DNA of 64,000 bases from Dicyema japonicum (lineage: Eukaryota; Animalia; Dicyemida). This document shows positions 25,043 to 39,007 of this stretch, in pieces. Where the stretch lies: positions 186,001-250,000 of the forward strand of contig RDEW01000010.1 in the NCBI GenBank assembly GCA_011109175.1, given 5' to 3'. The notes below the pieces were generated by a model that had not been told where the DNA came from, did no database searches, and saw only the letters and a list, made by a program, of their open reading frames with translations. Position 1 is the first letter of the stretch, and every line of letters starts with the position of its first letter. The position numbers and the translations under genes were made by a program.

Positions 25043-25620
25043 TTAAATGTTGTTTAGTGATACTTTTGTGAGCTCAACGGAATCATTGAGATGTCCATAT
25101 ATGATTTCTGAATTGAAGTTAACTTTATCCTTCTGTTTGAAGTACTTCCTATAGAAAGAATTCACTGCATCGTTGTCTAAAACAACTTGTTCATTCTTTC
25201 GTTCTCCACCATTAAAGCATTCTGTGTCTTCATCATTTTCATCCAAATTTTCCAGGATCTCTTCATTCTCTGTAATCTAATAGAGAAGAAACTTCTGGAA
25301 TTGTATCATTTAGTTGCAGTCTTGATAAGTTTCATACGAAAACTCGTCATTAATTTCTTCAATAAAATCTTTGGTCCATTTAGCATGTCGAAAACAGTAT
25401 TGTTAGCTTTGCCCTGATTTATAGGTATACATTATAGCATCCTTAAAGCTTATTTCTTTACATGGATGATGATCTTCCGAGTTGATTTTTTCAATAATGT
25501 CAAAAAATTTGAATTTATGCGAAAACATGAAACGTTTGGCGGTATAAACATCATCTCAACTTGCTGTAAATTTGTAAAAATCTTGTGAGCAATTTTTGTC
25601 TTCACTTTTAAGTATCCGAA
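25043..25620 (-). pseudogene. Intronless ~190-codon reading frame with 4 premature stops, unidentified
   Basis: One minus-strand frame reads ILKSEDKNCSQDFYKF..QYCFRHAKWTKDFIEEI..LENLDENDEDTEC..SLNNI* with only 4 internal stops. Confidence 0.4.
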
Positions 25621-26007
25621 AATTTTAATTTTTTATTTTTTAATGTGTGCCGTGAGAATTATTTTCTGAAAACCACTGGCAGTTGAATTATTGCTAAAGA
25701 TTCAGTTTGAGGATCAAAGCCAAACCATTTCTGAGATTTTTCTGAATTTTCAGATCGTCGATTTCTATTTGGTTGTATTCACACAACTTTAGTTGACCAT
25801 CAAACATTGAGTTTTAAAAACAGTCCACGTTTCAACGTACATAACTGTTAGTTGTGTTTAACAAATTTCCTTATGCCAAAAAACGATTACGGATGCGCAG
25901 ATAGAAAACTTAATTTTTAAAATAATTTATTTTAATTAATTTTTAATTTTTATTATTTAAAAATTAAATAATTTCACGTAACTTACATAGTTTTTGTGGT
26001 GTTACTG

Positions 26008-26471
26008 ATGAGTAATCTGTTTGACGAGGATGAGTATTTGTGGGCTTGAAAATTATAGTTTTGACGATGAAGATAACGATTTGATCGAGGATGATATGGA
26101 AATTGAAGAGACAATCAATATTGACGCCTCCCAAGACGTCGAACTACTAGAGGACAACAAAGACAAAGCAGTCCCTAGTATGCAGAGAACTACTACGCCA
26201 TTCATGACGAAATATGAGCGTGCTCGTATAATCGGAACACGTGCACAACAAATAGCGTACTAAATTATCTTTGTATCCCAGAATGTGTGCCCCAATCCTG
26301 ACTGAAATTGGATCAGAGATCGACCCCATTAAGATTGCTATTAAAGAACTCAAGTAATATTAATTCCTTTATCAAAGGGAAAAGAAGATTCCGATAATTG
26401 TGAGAAGGTATTTACCAGACGGCAGTTATGAGGACTGGCCATGTGACCAGTTGATTGTCACTGACATTTAA
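26008..26471 (+). CDS. POLR2F: RNA polymerase I/II/III subunit RPABC2 (RPB6)
   Basis: [59 protein letters not shown] after removing introns 26034-26058, 26257-26281, 26354-26377. Confidence 0.95.
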
Positions 26472-26509
26472 TAGTGTTCATTTGATGATAAATTTTTTTA
26501 TTTTTTTGT

Positions 26510-27130
26510 AATGACTAAGACTTGATAAACGTGTCGTATAGTCTGACACGAAGTTTCAGTGATACATTACTCTTATCCAGATGTTGTACATTTATTGAAG
26601 TATTTGGTGGCCAGCATTTCCTTCGACAAATATCCTCGGCGTCACCTAGTAGTGAGTCGAATTTTTTATGCCTCATAGTTTGTCATTTCTTGATTTGGCT
26701 AGTTCGATTCTTGTGTAGTCCGTTTTTGTAATATTTATGCGCAGATCCCATTTATTTAAAATAGTTTCGGCTTGGACTAAAATTTGGTAAAGTAGGCTTT
26801 CTGATCAGTACATACAAAGTCTACATCATCCGCATATAACAATTCAATTATATCTTCGTATTTAGGACCCATTTCCTTTCTCAGCTTCCTGAGGGCAGCT
26901 TCGAGGCCCCTTTGTGGGGTTCCCATGTTGCTACTGAAACTCTTTAAATGCTTAGTTCCTATTCTCACAGATAGATCAATCTCAGAAGGTAATAGACAGT
27001 CTCAGGTAGACCTCGTCAAGCAGTTCATATAGAATACCCACGAGTTTTTCTCTGTTGATGTTGTCAAAAGCCTTCGTTAAATCAATTCCTAGGATGTAGA
27101 TGACTTTCCTGTAGTTTTGAGATATTGATG
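26510..27130 (-). mobile_element. RTE RT fragment, decayed
   Basis: YILGIDLTKAFDNINREKL; LLYADDVDF; LKLRVRLYDTFIK. Confidence 0.75.
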
Positions 27131-27739
27131 TAAGCAAAGTCTATTTTAAAGTTAGTTACTTTGTAAATGGTCAGGATATTGTTGGTGAAATGTTAACTGA
27201 TTGATATGAGACATATAAATAGTCAAATGAGTTTACGAAAAAATAAATTATTATTAACATACATCCTCTACGTGCAGCTTCCAAACATTATCTTCCAAGT
27301 TCTTTCAACTTGGGATTGGACAAGATTCGAACCAGGATCCTGCTGCATCCGAAACTTCATATTCAGAACTTTAAGTTTCTGATGTCTCCTGAGTCCGTCA
27401 CTTTGTCCATCCTCATGAAAAGACAAATTTATTTCGGATATCTGATGTCCCTAGAGTCTACTCAGAATGTGATGGGAGTTATATTTACTCTGTTCCTTTT
27501 CTTCCATTGTTCTCTAGAGTGCCCCATGTCTCAAGTGGGACCCACTGACAGACTGATAGGAAAATGGTCATTTACTCTCCCCAATATACTGAAGTAGTTC
27601 CCACAATGCAAGGATTAAACGTTTTCTTCCCATGAAGTTGATTATGGATGGACTCGTGTGATGTTGGAAGGATTTTCAGCTTCTGTGACCATGTCAACTG
27701 GATATACATAATTAGTTGTTGTCTATTATTATTATTGAA

Positions 27740-28180
27740 CCAGAAAACCACCGTTATATTTAAATAAACAAAATTCAGGTGATCCCAGCCTCCCTCAAAA
27801 GTCTCCTCATCTTTTCTCGGTGTTCCGACTGCGTTCCTGCGAATTTCCGATATGGACTGGGTCCGCAAACTCGAGTCCTTCACAAAGGCACTGTTCCAGT
27901 CGCCTCTATTATATTTTCTAGGTTTCTGGGCAGAATTTTCATTCGGAAATATTTCCTTAGTAGGTTTGCTTCCTTCACTTGAATGTTGCAGATCTTATCC
28001 AAATTCGTTGCAGTAAAGTTAGATCCCCAGACATTACATGCGTATCCTATTGTAGACTCGATGAACTGTTTGTATATGACATCCAGTCCACTCAGATCTT
28101 TTATGTCTCTTAGGTTATCTATTAACTTCCTTCTCGGTGTATATGCTAGTAAATTAATTAATATTTACTTTGAGGAATTG
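27740..28180 (-). mobile_element. 3' fragment of I-group/Jockey-like LINE
   Basis: IYKQFIESTIGYACNVW..GTQSEHREKMRRLLREAGIT*. Confidence 0.7.
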
Positions 28181-28289
28181 AAAATATAAAGTTTGCCTAT
28201 CTCACCTGCTGAGCCACCAATCAACCATGAGGTTAACTAACCAAAAACCACTAAAATCAGATTCCCATAGATTATAAGTTCTATTAGAG

Positions 28290-28470
28290 GTTGTAGTTAG
28301 TTAAAAGTCAATTTTCAGGAAAGGTCTTCATTGTGACCTGCAGACTTTGAGAACGCAATGGAAGTTGCCCCCATGATTGGGAGCCAAATGTTCTGGACGA
28401 TCCAGCGTGTCATTCTAGGCTCTACTTTCCTCAGTCCTGCAAGCCGCCGATTAGTCTGATAAGCTTATCT
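28290..28470 (-). mobile_element. CRE-like 3' fragment
   Basis: RLAGLRKVEPRMTRWIVQNIWL; homologous to 2430-2580. Confidence 0.65.
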
Positions 28471-28849
28471 AACTAATTAATCCCAAAAACAGTTTCAATT
28501 AGAATATTTATGACAGTGACGTATGTCATTTGAATATTAAGTTGTAAGTGCATTATGACTTTCTTATTAGCTAATCATTAAAAAGTATTTATTTTTAACC
28601 CCGGGTACACGGAGATACAGGTTAACTGAGTGTATTCAGTTCCAATATTCACAGAGATAAGTTCTTCCAAGACCGCAGATCTCTCAGGACCACAGTTATG
28701 GAACCCAGTTAAGGGAGGAGAACGTTTTTATGCTTTCCTGCAGTGGTGGATCACTCTGGTTGTTTTAAACTAATGTTTAAGCTCGGCTTTTAAGCTTTAC
28801 ATTTGAAGGCAACGTTTTAGAATTTGTCCTTGAAATAAATTTTAATTTA

Positions 28850-28980
28850 AGGAAGGAAAAGCCTAGAATGACACAATGACTCATCCAAAAAATAGGGTAA
28901 CTCCCATCTCGTGCTCAGTGCCTGCAGGCAATAATGGACACCTTGTCCTGAAAATTGCTTTTAACTATTAATTAAAATTA
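28850..28980 (+). mobile_element. CRE-like 3' fragment (inverted relative to 28290-28470)
   Basis: gcctagaatgacac...ctgcagg...cctgaaaattg shared with the reverse complement of 28300-28420. Confidence 0.6.
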
Positions 28981-29515
28981 TTTGCCCCTTATAATGTTGT
29001 TTGATCCACTTATCTGCAGATAAACACGAAAAATAAAATGTAAATCAACTGTGCGATAAAAAAACTTTACAAATTTAAAATTCGAGTTTAATCGACTTTT
29101 GCGCAATGACAATGGGATATTTACTCAGGTAATATCTCAGTTGGTCTTACCTAAGTCATAGTTTAGCAGGACTAGGCTAACTTTCAAAACTGGATAATGA
29201 ATTACTTGAAATGATCTTTAAATAATTTATACGTAAGAGTCACTTAGAAGTTTGCTAAACATAAAAGAAAAGTCTGAATATTTATAAAATCCTATTCTGG
29301 TTCAACTCAAGAACAATTATCTGAATCAACTAATATCAGCGGTTTAGTCGTTATTTCCTCGTGGTCTATATAATTGATAACCAGTTATTTTGGTTGTTAG
29401 GGACTGAAATATACCAAGTTTCCATGATTTTCTGTGCAAACGTCATTTACTAATTATAATTATCTTGAAATTAAATCTTGGATTATATTTCAAAGTATTA
29501 TTAATAGAAAATATT

Positions 29516-29528
29516 ATTTCTAGGTAAC
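29516..29528 (+). promoter_or_regulatory. RFX X-box-like element upstream of CFAP68
   Basis: ATTTC-TAG-GTAAC ending 3 nt before ATG 29532. Confidence 0.4.
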
Positions 29529-29531
29529 AAA

Positions 29532-29906
29532 ATGGATACTCAAAAAAGTGGTAAGTCGAATATTAATCAGTGAAGACATAAACACATACTCGATTGCTAC
29601 GCTTGTAGGTAATTGGGTTGAGGACAGATTGGACGAATCCTACCTAATGACAAAGAGGACTCCAATGTCAGATGTAATGGTCACTTATCACAGTAGTACG
29701 AACACTGCTACGAGACGTCCCAGACTAATAACTGCATAAACTATGACTTAAAAGTCACCAAAGTAAATTTTAAGAAAAAAACTTAGTCGGCATATGCACC
29801 CAAATACTTTCCAGGACATCAAGACGGTGAGAGGGAATCCTCAAAATCATGGACAAGCACATACCAGGAGACAATATGCCACATAGCAAGCCCATATCAA
29901 TGCTAA
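29532..29906 (+). CDS. CFAP68: Ciliary microtubule inner protein, CFAP68/C11orf1-like
   Basis: NTYSIATLVGNWVEDRL and YFPGHQ..STY motifs match the family (NTYSNRTLMGNWNQER; FPGHQPELD..STY). Confidence 0.65.
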
Positions 29907-29969
29907 CAATCAATAATTTGATAATAAATTTAAAATCGATAATTAAATTGCCAGAATATAGTGAAAGAA

Positions 29970-31162
29970 TTAATTAAGAGGAACTTTTAGCATATCTTCC
30001 TTTTCTCTAAAATTCTTCCAGCAGGCATTAATTACATCATCAACAACCATGTTATTAACGTTGTGGGATATCAGCTTGAATATAAAGAACCCGTCATCTT
30101 TCAAGTATTGAGTAACAAAAGAATTGAGTTCAGAACGATCAGAAGGAATATTTCTGATATAACTGCTCACATAGTTAATCCGTCTTCTCGGAACAAGGAA
30201 AGAGTATAGCCAGTTAAATGTAGAGAGGCTGGTATGGATGGCAATGATTAGGTAGAATATCCAGAGGACGACAAACATTTTCTCCAAAAACAGATTAACC
30301 TGGAGAACACACTGAACCGTGTACGTGTGCACTCTGTTTAGTTCCCTCACTGAAAAGTCACAGTAGGTCACTCTGGGGAAGAACGAAGACTCATTGATTT
30401 CCCTTCCATGGGCATATTCACTGAGAATCGTAAATCCATACATATTGAATTGAAATCCAAGGAATGTGTTTAAAACAAAGAATTGGCCAATTATGTTCGC
30501 CATAAACAGGATTTTTGTGATAATATAGGCAATGCTCAGGTAGTTTCCATGTCTTCTCCCCCCACTGAACGTTAGGATCTTCGCAGCCATCGACACCCTC
30601 TTGGAAAAATTCATCGAGTAATCCCTTCTGAGCACATAGTTGTCGATTTCTGCCGCAACAGAAGTTGCTAATTTATCTTTCTCGGCAATTTTCTCCACAT
30701 TCTGGGCTTTGATACAAACGGATATTATTTTGTTAAGGTTCATTCCAGAACTGCCAACGTAGGCCCGCCAGACAATGATAGGGATGTAAAAGAGGAGAGC
30801 CATGAACACAAAAATAAACTGAATCCACTGATAGTACGCCAAAGTACTATCCCGTTGTAAGGCCTCACTCGACGGGAGTTCCTTGTCCAGTGACTGGTAA
30901 TAAGTCCCCTTCACCCAGCAAATCGAGTTTGCGTAAGCAATGTACTGCCCTAAAGGTAAACATATGACATATTACCTGGAAAGTTGGCAGGACACCAACA
31001 GTGAATAGGTTCACCAACATATATACGAGAAAGAACTATTATTCCTAAGACTACCAGAAGTGTAGAAGCATATCTGTAGCTCAATCTGTCGGAAGAATCG
31101 TCGTCCTTTCTGACACTTGAAGTTGCAACGGCAGTACTAATAAAACGAACGAATTGCATCAC
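29970..31162 (-). CDS. Innexin (gap-junction protein), one 26-nt intron
   Basis: DDSSDRLSY, PIHCWCP, YANSICW, YYQW, FPRVTYCDF, QCVL..NLFLEK; four hydrophobic segments. Confidence 0.95.
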
Positions 31163-31876
31163 CGGTTTTACCTAACGGCGTATATAATTTATTTAAAATT
31201 TAGGTTAATAATTAAAAATAAATTAAAATAAATTAATACATATTATAACAAAAATTATTACTTTTCTATTCCGGAAAAAATACTTATATAAACCTGACAG
31301 CAAATTATTAAGCAAATAAAATAGAATAGTGTAACTTGATTTTAAATGATAAAAAATAAGTTTAAAATTAATGCTAATTGATTTTCACCACAGTTCCCTG
31401 GCGATTGTATCGATTACCGATTGTTACTGGGCGTTTAGCGACTGCTACAAAGTGGACGCTTTCTTCTCTTTCTTCCGATTCTATTGGACTTGTTCGATCT
31501 TGGGAGGACTAGTCACTTTCCGAGACGGTGATAAATCAAAACGCGTAATTGGCTGTTAACTATTGATTTTTTTATTTTTAACACAGTTCAATGAGAACTC
31601 GAATATCTTTGTATAATTGCGTACACGTTGCATTTATGTTTTGGGTGGGTCTGCTAATTTATTGATCAAATCATTTCAAATTATTATTAGCAAACTTTCA
31701 ACGTTTCTTTTCCACCAAAAGCAAAGTTCTCTAAACTTTATCCGACATTTCTCTACTCTATGAGAGCAAGAAGGAGGAATAACATTTGGATAACTAGATG
31801 CTAAGTGGAATATTGTGTGGTTAAGCCATTAATATTAGAAATCAAGAAATGTTAAATTTTAGTAATGTTAGAGTGA

Positions 31877-33056
31877 TCAGAACCCCACTACTCGTTCAAT
31901 AGCGTCGTAGACTTTGAATTTGCTGGGGAGGATGAACCTCTCCATATTAAGCGATATGTGAGTGTCCAATCCACAAACTCGTTCTACTGGAGCTTCCAAT
32001 TTCAAGAAACATTCGTTCTGTACACAAGCAATCAGTTCAGCTCCAAATCCCCCTGTCTTCCTGGCTTCGTGAGCAATCACTAGTCTCCCAGTTTTGTTTA
32101 CAGACTTGGGTTAGTCATAAATTAAACCTGAACTATGGTCTCTGAGTCATAAGGAAGAATGGTCTGCAAATCAATGATTTCACAGTCTACATCCAAGTTT
32201 TTCTTTGCCAGATCAGCTGCCTCCTTCAAAAGTTGAATCATTGTGCCCCATCCAACTAAGGTTACATCAGATCCTTGAAATAAAACACATAATATTACCT
32301 GGACGTACAATCTCAGCTGTTGATAATGGAATTTCGTAATCTTCAACAGGGACATCTTCAACCGCTAATCTGTACAATATTTTAGGTTCAAAGAAAATGC
32401 ATGGATTGGGATCCCGAATACAAGAAAGAAGTAGTCCTTTGGCTTGTCTAGGACCTCTGGGAATCACAACTTTAATCCCAGGACAGTGGGCAAAGTATGA
32501 TTCGACAGACTGAGAATGATATGTGGCTCCATGACCTACCCCGCCACAAGGAGCTCTAATCGTCAGTTTACCACAATTATAATTCCCGTTAGAGCGGTAC
32601 CTCAATGTAGCCGCTTCATTGACAATCTGACAATGACATAAACCCTGACCTGATCGAAAGCTGGGAATATATAATCAGCAAACTGAATCTCTGCAATAGC
32701 AGTATATCCCTGAGTAGCGGCCCCAATGCCGAATCCAACTAAAGCTTGCTCTGAAAGTGGAGTGTTAAATACCCGACTCTTTCCTTAGCTTTGTTTAAAT
32801 TTTATAACCAAATTTGTTTTGAAGTCCGACAGTACACCTGAAAACACCCCAAATGCGACATCCTCCCCAAATAGAACTCAACTACAAATATAACTTTACT
32901 TGATTTATTATCTGTCTCCAACGCAATTCTCATTGCATCATTAACTGCCTCCAAAAGAGACATGCTTCTGGAAGTTTGATTTTCTATTTTTGGTTCGGGT
33001 AAGTAAGATACAATCGAAGCATATCTAACTGTTGCTTTCCTTATATTCGACAGCAT
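31877..33056 (-). CDS. BCKDHB: Branched-chain alpha-keto acid dehydrogenase E1 beta
   Basis: [17 protein letters not shown]; [36 protein letters not shown]; [12 protein letters not shown]. Confidence 0.95.
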
Positions 33057-33686
33057 AATTGACCACAAATAATAATTAAAGCCAATAATTTGTTGAAAAT
33101 TGATACAAATTGGGGGAGAAATCCTAAATAAACAAATAATAAATTATCTTTATTTAAAATGATAAAAAGTAATTATTATAGTGATAAAATTATCACCAGT
33201 ATATTTGATATTTATTTTCCATAAAGTAATTTAGTCTACTTGTTTATTTCAGTCAACGATATTTATATTCTCATTCAATTCCTAACAGGCCTCATGAGAT
33301 CTACATATAGGAGAATACCTTAACTAAAAGCTAATTAACTATTAAGAGCATAGATTCAACCGCAAAAATCTATGCAATTATTATAATAAGGGATGGTAAG
33401 CATAGTGGTTAATTGACGACCTTACGAAATATCGACACTAATTCATGGTTGATGAAGGTCTTTATCTTCTTTCATGTATGAATGCACGGACTCAGAAAGC
33501 ATCAATATCCAGAATTTTGAAATAAAATAATCACTGGATACACCAAGATTCCAATTTAAAATCCCAAACAGTCCAAAATTTGAAGAATACAGTCTAAACT
33601 GCAAATTCTAACATTGTGATAGTTCAAAAAATACAAAAATACACAAAACTAATATATTTAAACAACAGTTAGCAATAGAAGTCGAT

Positions 33687-36600
33687 TTAATAAGTCCCTT
33701 TCTTGTCATTAAATGAACGCCACATGGGATTCATTTCACGGGGAGAACTCAACATGTCCCGTTCGTAGTAGCCCATAGTAGGATCATAGTAACCACGACC
33801 ATTGTGCTGGTAACCGTTTTTTGGATTAGCAGAATGTCCATTCATCTTATGGACAGATTCATTATGATATCCATTGATCCAAGTATCAGGATTTCCCATG
33901 TAATAATCAGGAGGATACATCGAGTCGTACACTTCAAAGTTGTTTGGAGTCATCATTTGAGAGTTGTGGAAACTAAGTAATCACCATTAAAAACAAACTT
34001 AAAGTAATCCTGCGAATAGTGACTTTGTGGAGACTGAATGTAATCACGTGGGATCATATATCCTCCATTCTAAAACTTACTAATATCAAATTACCAATGA
34101 TTGATCCGGCATAGAATTATTCACTGACTGATAGTATTGATACTGAGGATCATTGTACATTTGTCCGTAATGGTTTGGTCGTACACTTGCCTGAGGGTGG
34201 TAAATGTGAGAGACTTCAGAACTATTTCCGTTCGCCTTTAGAGGCTTACGTACAGGCTTTGTAGCTACTGGGTGCTGAATGAGCATTTTTGATGGAGTAA
34301 TATCATCAACGTTATTAATGTATATTGGAAACATTTGCTTGAAGGGAGTAATAGGACCAAAATCCTCAGTTGTCAAACTTCTCAGTAGCACCAGTATGTA
34401 ATATTCAGATTCATTATTAGGAATTTGATTTTGGTCAAGAATGCAAGCTACACTAGTCATGGAATGAGTAGTAGTGTCTTCAATGGGTACACTATCGTTC
34501 TTTACATTTGCAGTAAATGACCTGGCCGCAGACTCCCCGTCGTAATACTCCAGAATTTCCAGAACATCCACGTGTGACTCAAGTCACAATGTGGGAGATT
34601 ATTTGCTGAGCCAATTTCATTGACTTGACATTCCCACTAGTAATAATCATACACCAAACCGCAGTTTAATCCGTCTTTGTTCCTGACCAGGCTGTTGTTG
34701 CTCCACTTCAATGTTTGCCAAACTTATCTCCCTTATTCTATTCATGTGAGATCCGCCACGACCCATAATACGCCCAAAAAGAGTTGACTGCACCAAAATG
34801 ACTCTTGACCTACAATCATCACTTTATTCATACTTTTTACTAATCTCTTGAGTGATTTCGTCCCCATAAGTAAAATTGGCCATCTTTTTCACCCTCTCAT
34901 GCTTCTTTTGACGTAAAGTTGAACAATCAGGTGCAAAGTCGCCTAAATGATAAAAAAGTTACAATAACTTGTAGGCTTTACTGTGTTGGGGTCACCCTGA
35001 GAACTAGACGCGGTAGATGGAGAATAAAAGTCAGTAATTTTGGGAAGTTGATAGGTGTATGAAGCACAGTTTGTTTGACTACTGTTAGGAGTGACCTCGC
35101 CATCGGAAAATGGGTGGCCGTTGATATCTAAGTCTTAGACTAAAAAATACTGTCAGTAAAGTCCTCATCCTTAGGAGATAACATCGCTTGTTCATTATTA
35201 CAATCACTGGAAATGGAGTTTAAAGTTTCGTCGGCTTGAAACTGCTCCATAGGATCAACAGTTTTAAAAGGAACGTCCGTGAAGTTAAACTCACCGACAT
35301 CATTTTGCGGTTGATTGGTTCTACGATATTTAATATTTAAGTAAACTCGAGAATATTGTCATCAACAAGCTGTTTGTCTATTTTACGTCTCTTTTTATTT
35401 TCCCGTTTACGAATGGAAGCCTCTTTCTTCCGTTCGTTTAGATTCTTCTCATCTTCAATCTGCCTTAATAAAATATCGGCATTTCTATCAGCCTCCAAAA
35501 TCTGGGTCTTTTTCGACTCAACGATAATATTAATGCACTTTTTACACCTCTCAAGCATGTCCTAGTAATTACATAAATATCTCAACATGATTCGTAATAG
35601 TGGATATAACTCTATGACAGACAGCATCGGAGGGATATTGCTTCACCTTCTGAACTAAATACTCTACAACATCCACGTGTCCATGACGAAATGCTGTTTC
35701 CAGACAAGACACACCCCGATTATTAGAAGTGTAGACGTCAGCTTGAGCTTCGACCAACATTTTCACAACAGGAAGATATCCTCCTGCCAATTAATCAACA
35801 ATAAACCGTTGGAAGCCAACCAAAGTGCAGTGCATCCCTTTTTATTTTTAGCATCAAGTTGTACATCACTTTTGATATTTAAATTAGTTACTTTTTAATC
35901 AACAACTCCACAAAAGAAGCTTTCCCCTTTCAGCACTTAATGTCAACGCAGTGTCACGTGTTTGTGTGGTGAGTGCAGCATTTACATCAGCACCGTATTT
36001 AATCAACACTTGAGCTACTTTTTCATAGCCGAGAGAGGCAGCTTCCATGAGAGGGGTGAAACCGCTCTGTCATTATAACCCATAGATAACCTTAGCCCTG
36101 TGTTCAAGGTATGCGTCATTACGAATTAATATCTCTGCAACATCTGGGTGGTTCTGGTAGCAGGCAAGAGTAAGGGCTGAGTTTCGATTAGTTTCGATAG
36201 AGCAGTTTATATCACATTTGTTATTAATTAACAACTCAACAGCTTCATAATGACCATTTAACGAGGCTAGCATGCATGGGGTTATCCCAAATTTGGCATC
36301 ACCACTAAGATTCAATAACATAGTCAACCGAGAGTCAACTTCTGCCCCAGCAGCAAGCAACACAGCCATCGTTGAAACATGCCCGGCAGAAGATGCCAAA
36401 CTGAGAGGAGTATAATCCGATGAATTCCTATGATTAATTTTAGAACCAGAATCAAGCAGGTATTTGACAATCTATGTGAATAATCAACTATTACATCCGC
36501 ATATCCAGCACTCGAAGCAATACTCAAAGCCGTATCCTTTCTATCCGATTCATCATCCAGATTAGCACCATATAACACTAATTCCTCTACCATCTCCAGG

Positions 36601-39007
36601 TCATTGGAAGTTATGGCAACCATCAATGGAGTATTCCCAACAATATGAAACAAAGCTACCTGAATTATCCTTTTGTTTCAAAAGAGACACAAATAACGAT
36701 CCCTTAATTTCACTACTCTGCGCTCCATCTTTTATAGAATTGGGCATCTTACATTTCTTCTAAAAGTTAGTCGTAGTACAGACAATGGGCGAATGCACCT
36801 GGCAAATGTTTTGACTTTCCACGCCAGCAGGAAGATTGGCAAAGGCATCCAATGAGATTGAGGTGCAATCAACTATATCGTTGATTTGAGCTAGGAACAT
36901 ATCATATTAGGGATACGAAAATATTTATCGTCAAATTGACATATTTCTGAAGAAATGTCAAATTGAAGGTCTGATGAGTGAGATAAGTCAGTTGGAGGGC
37001 TTATATAATTTACTATTGAGCAGAGCCCGTCAGTGTTCTTTAAGTTAGATAGAATCATACAGTTTTCCGTGATTTCCGTAAATTATAGGGAATATCATCA
37101 CCCTCATAGTCATCTAAAACATGTGACATAAATATACCGGAACTAGACACATTAAGTAATTTAGAATACTAAAATAAACTATTATAGGTAAACCTCATCC
37201 CTGTCTTCCCCCAGAGTTTGAACATCATCTATTAATTGATCAAGCAGAGCGACCATACGAGTATTACCACTCTTAGATATTTTGTGAAGCACATTGGAGC
37301 CATCCTTAAGAATAAAGAACAATTTCGACATTCAGGCAATGAAGGGGATCTGCTCCCTTTTTATATAAGAGGGAGACTATTTCAGGAGAGCCAGACTCAC
37401 AAGCAAGAGTGAATGCTGTGTGCCCAGAGTCAGTGATGCAGCAATTAATGGAATTGACGACTACAACTTTAATAAACTAAACAAATACAGGTATCTATCA
37501 GAAATATGACAATTTGAACGTTGGCGTTACTACAGGCCATCATGAGTGGAGTACGACCAAAACAGTCGGACTGCTCGCAGTATTTTCGAATACTATTAAG
37601 GCAGCATTTCTTATCAATCATAGCAGTGTAAAGCTGCTCAACAACATCTGGAGAATCGCAGTCTGCAGCATACAGCATTGTCGTTTGTTTGTTCAAGGTT
37701 TGGGCAAAGGGGTTAGCCCCATGTTTAAGAAGAAGGTCAATCATCTGAGAATGTCCCATTCTGCAGGCCTCCATGAGTGGAGTCCGTCCACCAGTCTCAA
37801 TATCTGCCCCCAAAGCTATCAGTCTTTCAGCGACATCCAAGTGATTGTGCTTGGAAGCCATAGAAAGGGCAGTTTTTAAAGTGATCTTGCAAACAGTATT
37901 CAACTCATTCAAAACAGCTAAAGGTAACAGACTTAACAAACTTGGATTATTCAACAGAAGGTTGAGGATTGGGTCAAATCTGTACTTGATGGCTTCAACA
38001 AGTGCCGTATTACCGTTGGTTACATTCAGCAAGTTTATGTTTGGTTGTTTATACAACAAATCGAATAGTTCCAGATTTCTTTTGTGAATGCTCGTAATCA
38101 GAGGGTTCTGATATACCTAAGTTTAAAAAAAGTAGACTATACAGAAGAATCCTCAACGGGAGAGCCGTTTGAAGAAGAGTCAAAATATGGATTGTTATTA
38201 AACCGACGGGAACTAGTGAATTTACAAGGACAATGCATTCCATGAGGAATCCTTGACTGTTTGTTGCACATGTCGTGGTTTTTCCTCGAAAGTTTTTCCT
38301 GCTTGCGGAGAGGAGGAACAGTCATGTTAGCACCGTGTTGCAGAAGAATGCTGGCTATGTAATTGTTTTCCGAATGTGAAGCGTGCATGAGAGGAGTGCA
38401 TGATTTCCAATCACATTCGTTGGGATCGGCACCATTTTGTAGAAGTAACTCGACCATTGCACAATTACTACTTAGCACAGCGGCTATCAGGGCAGTGCTT
38501 CCTGAAACTATGTCTAATTATAGAAACAAAACCAATCGAGCGTCCAGTTATGCTAAATCCATGATCAATTAGGAGCTTAAGCAATTGAATTTGATTGTTA
38601 TAAATCGTTTCGATTGCCAAAGTGGAGTCCAGCTTCATTTCTTCGATCGTATTCAATCTTCCCCCCGCAGCGAGATTCTGAAATGTGAGGAAAATTCACT
38701 TTGAAAAACTTGAGGTGGTCACACGCGTCCTCCAACATGGAGGAGGTGTCACTAAGAGGATTCAACTCCCTTATCAAATCTTCCAACTTATTCGTGGTGG
38801 CACAGTCCATTTGACAGCTAGAACAAAGTTGAGTAGTTTCTAGAATATGATGGAACTAGAACCTTTGAACAGCTTATCCCTTAAAGGGGAGGAAGATACA
38901 TCATCCTAATCCCATTATTGGATATAACTTACCAGTGAGACGTTGTCAGGATCACGACCAGTTTTGTATCTTCTGCTTTTTCGGATAAGGGGAGTTTTTC
39001 CAGGCAT
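33687..39007 (-). CDS. ANKHD1: Multiple ankyrin repeats + single KH domain protein (Mask/ANKHD1/ANKRD17 family)
   Basis: Two ankyrin clusters (GGRTPLMEAC, TPCMLASLNGH, NRNSALTLAC); basic coiled coil RKRENKKRRK; KH GRIMGRGGSHMNRIREISLANIEV at ~34640-34800; 5' boundary approximate. Confidence 0.85.
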
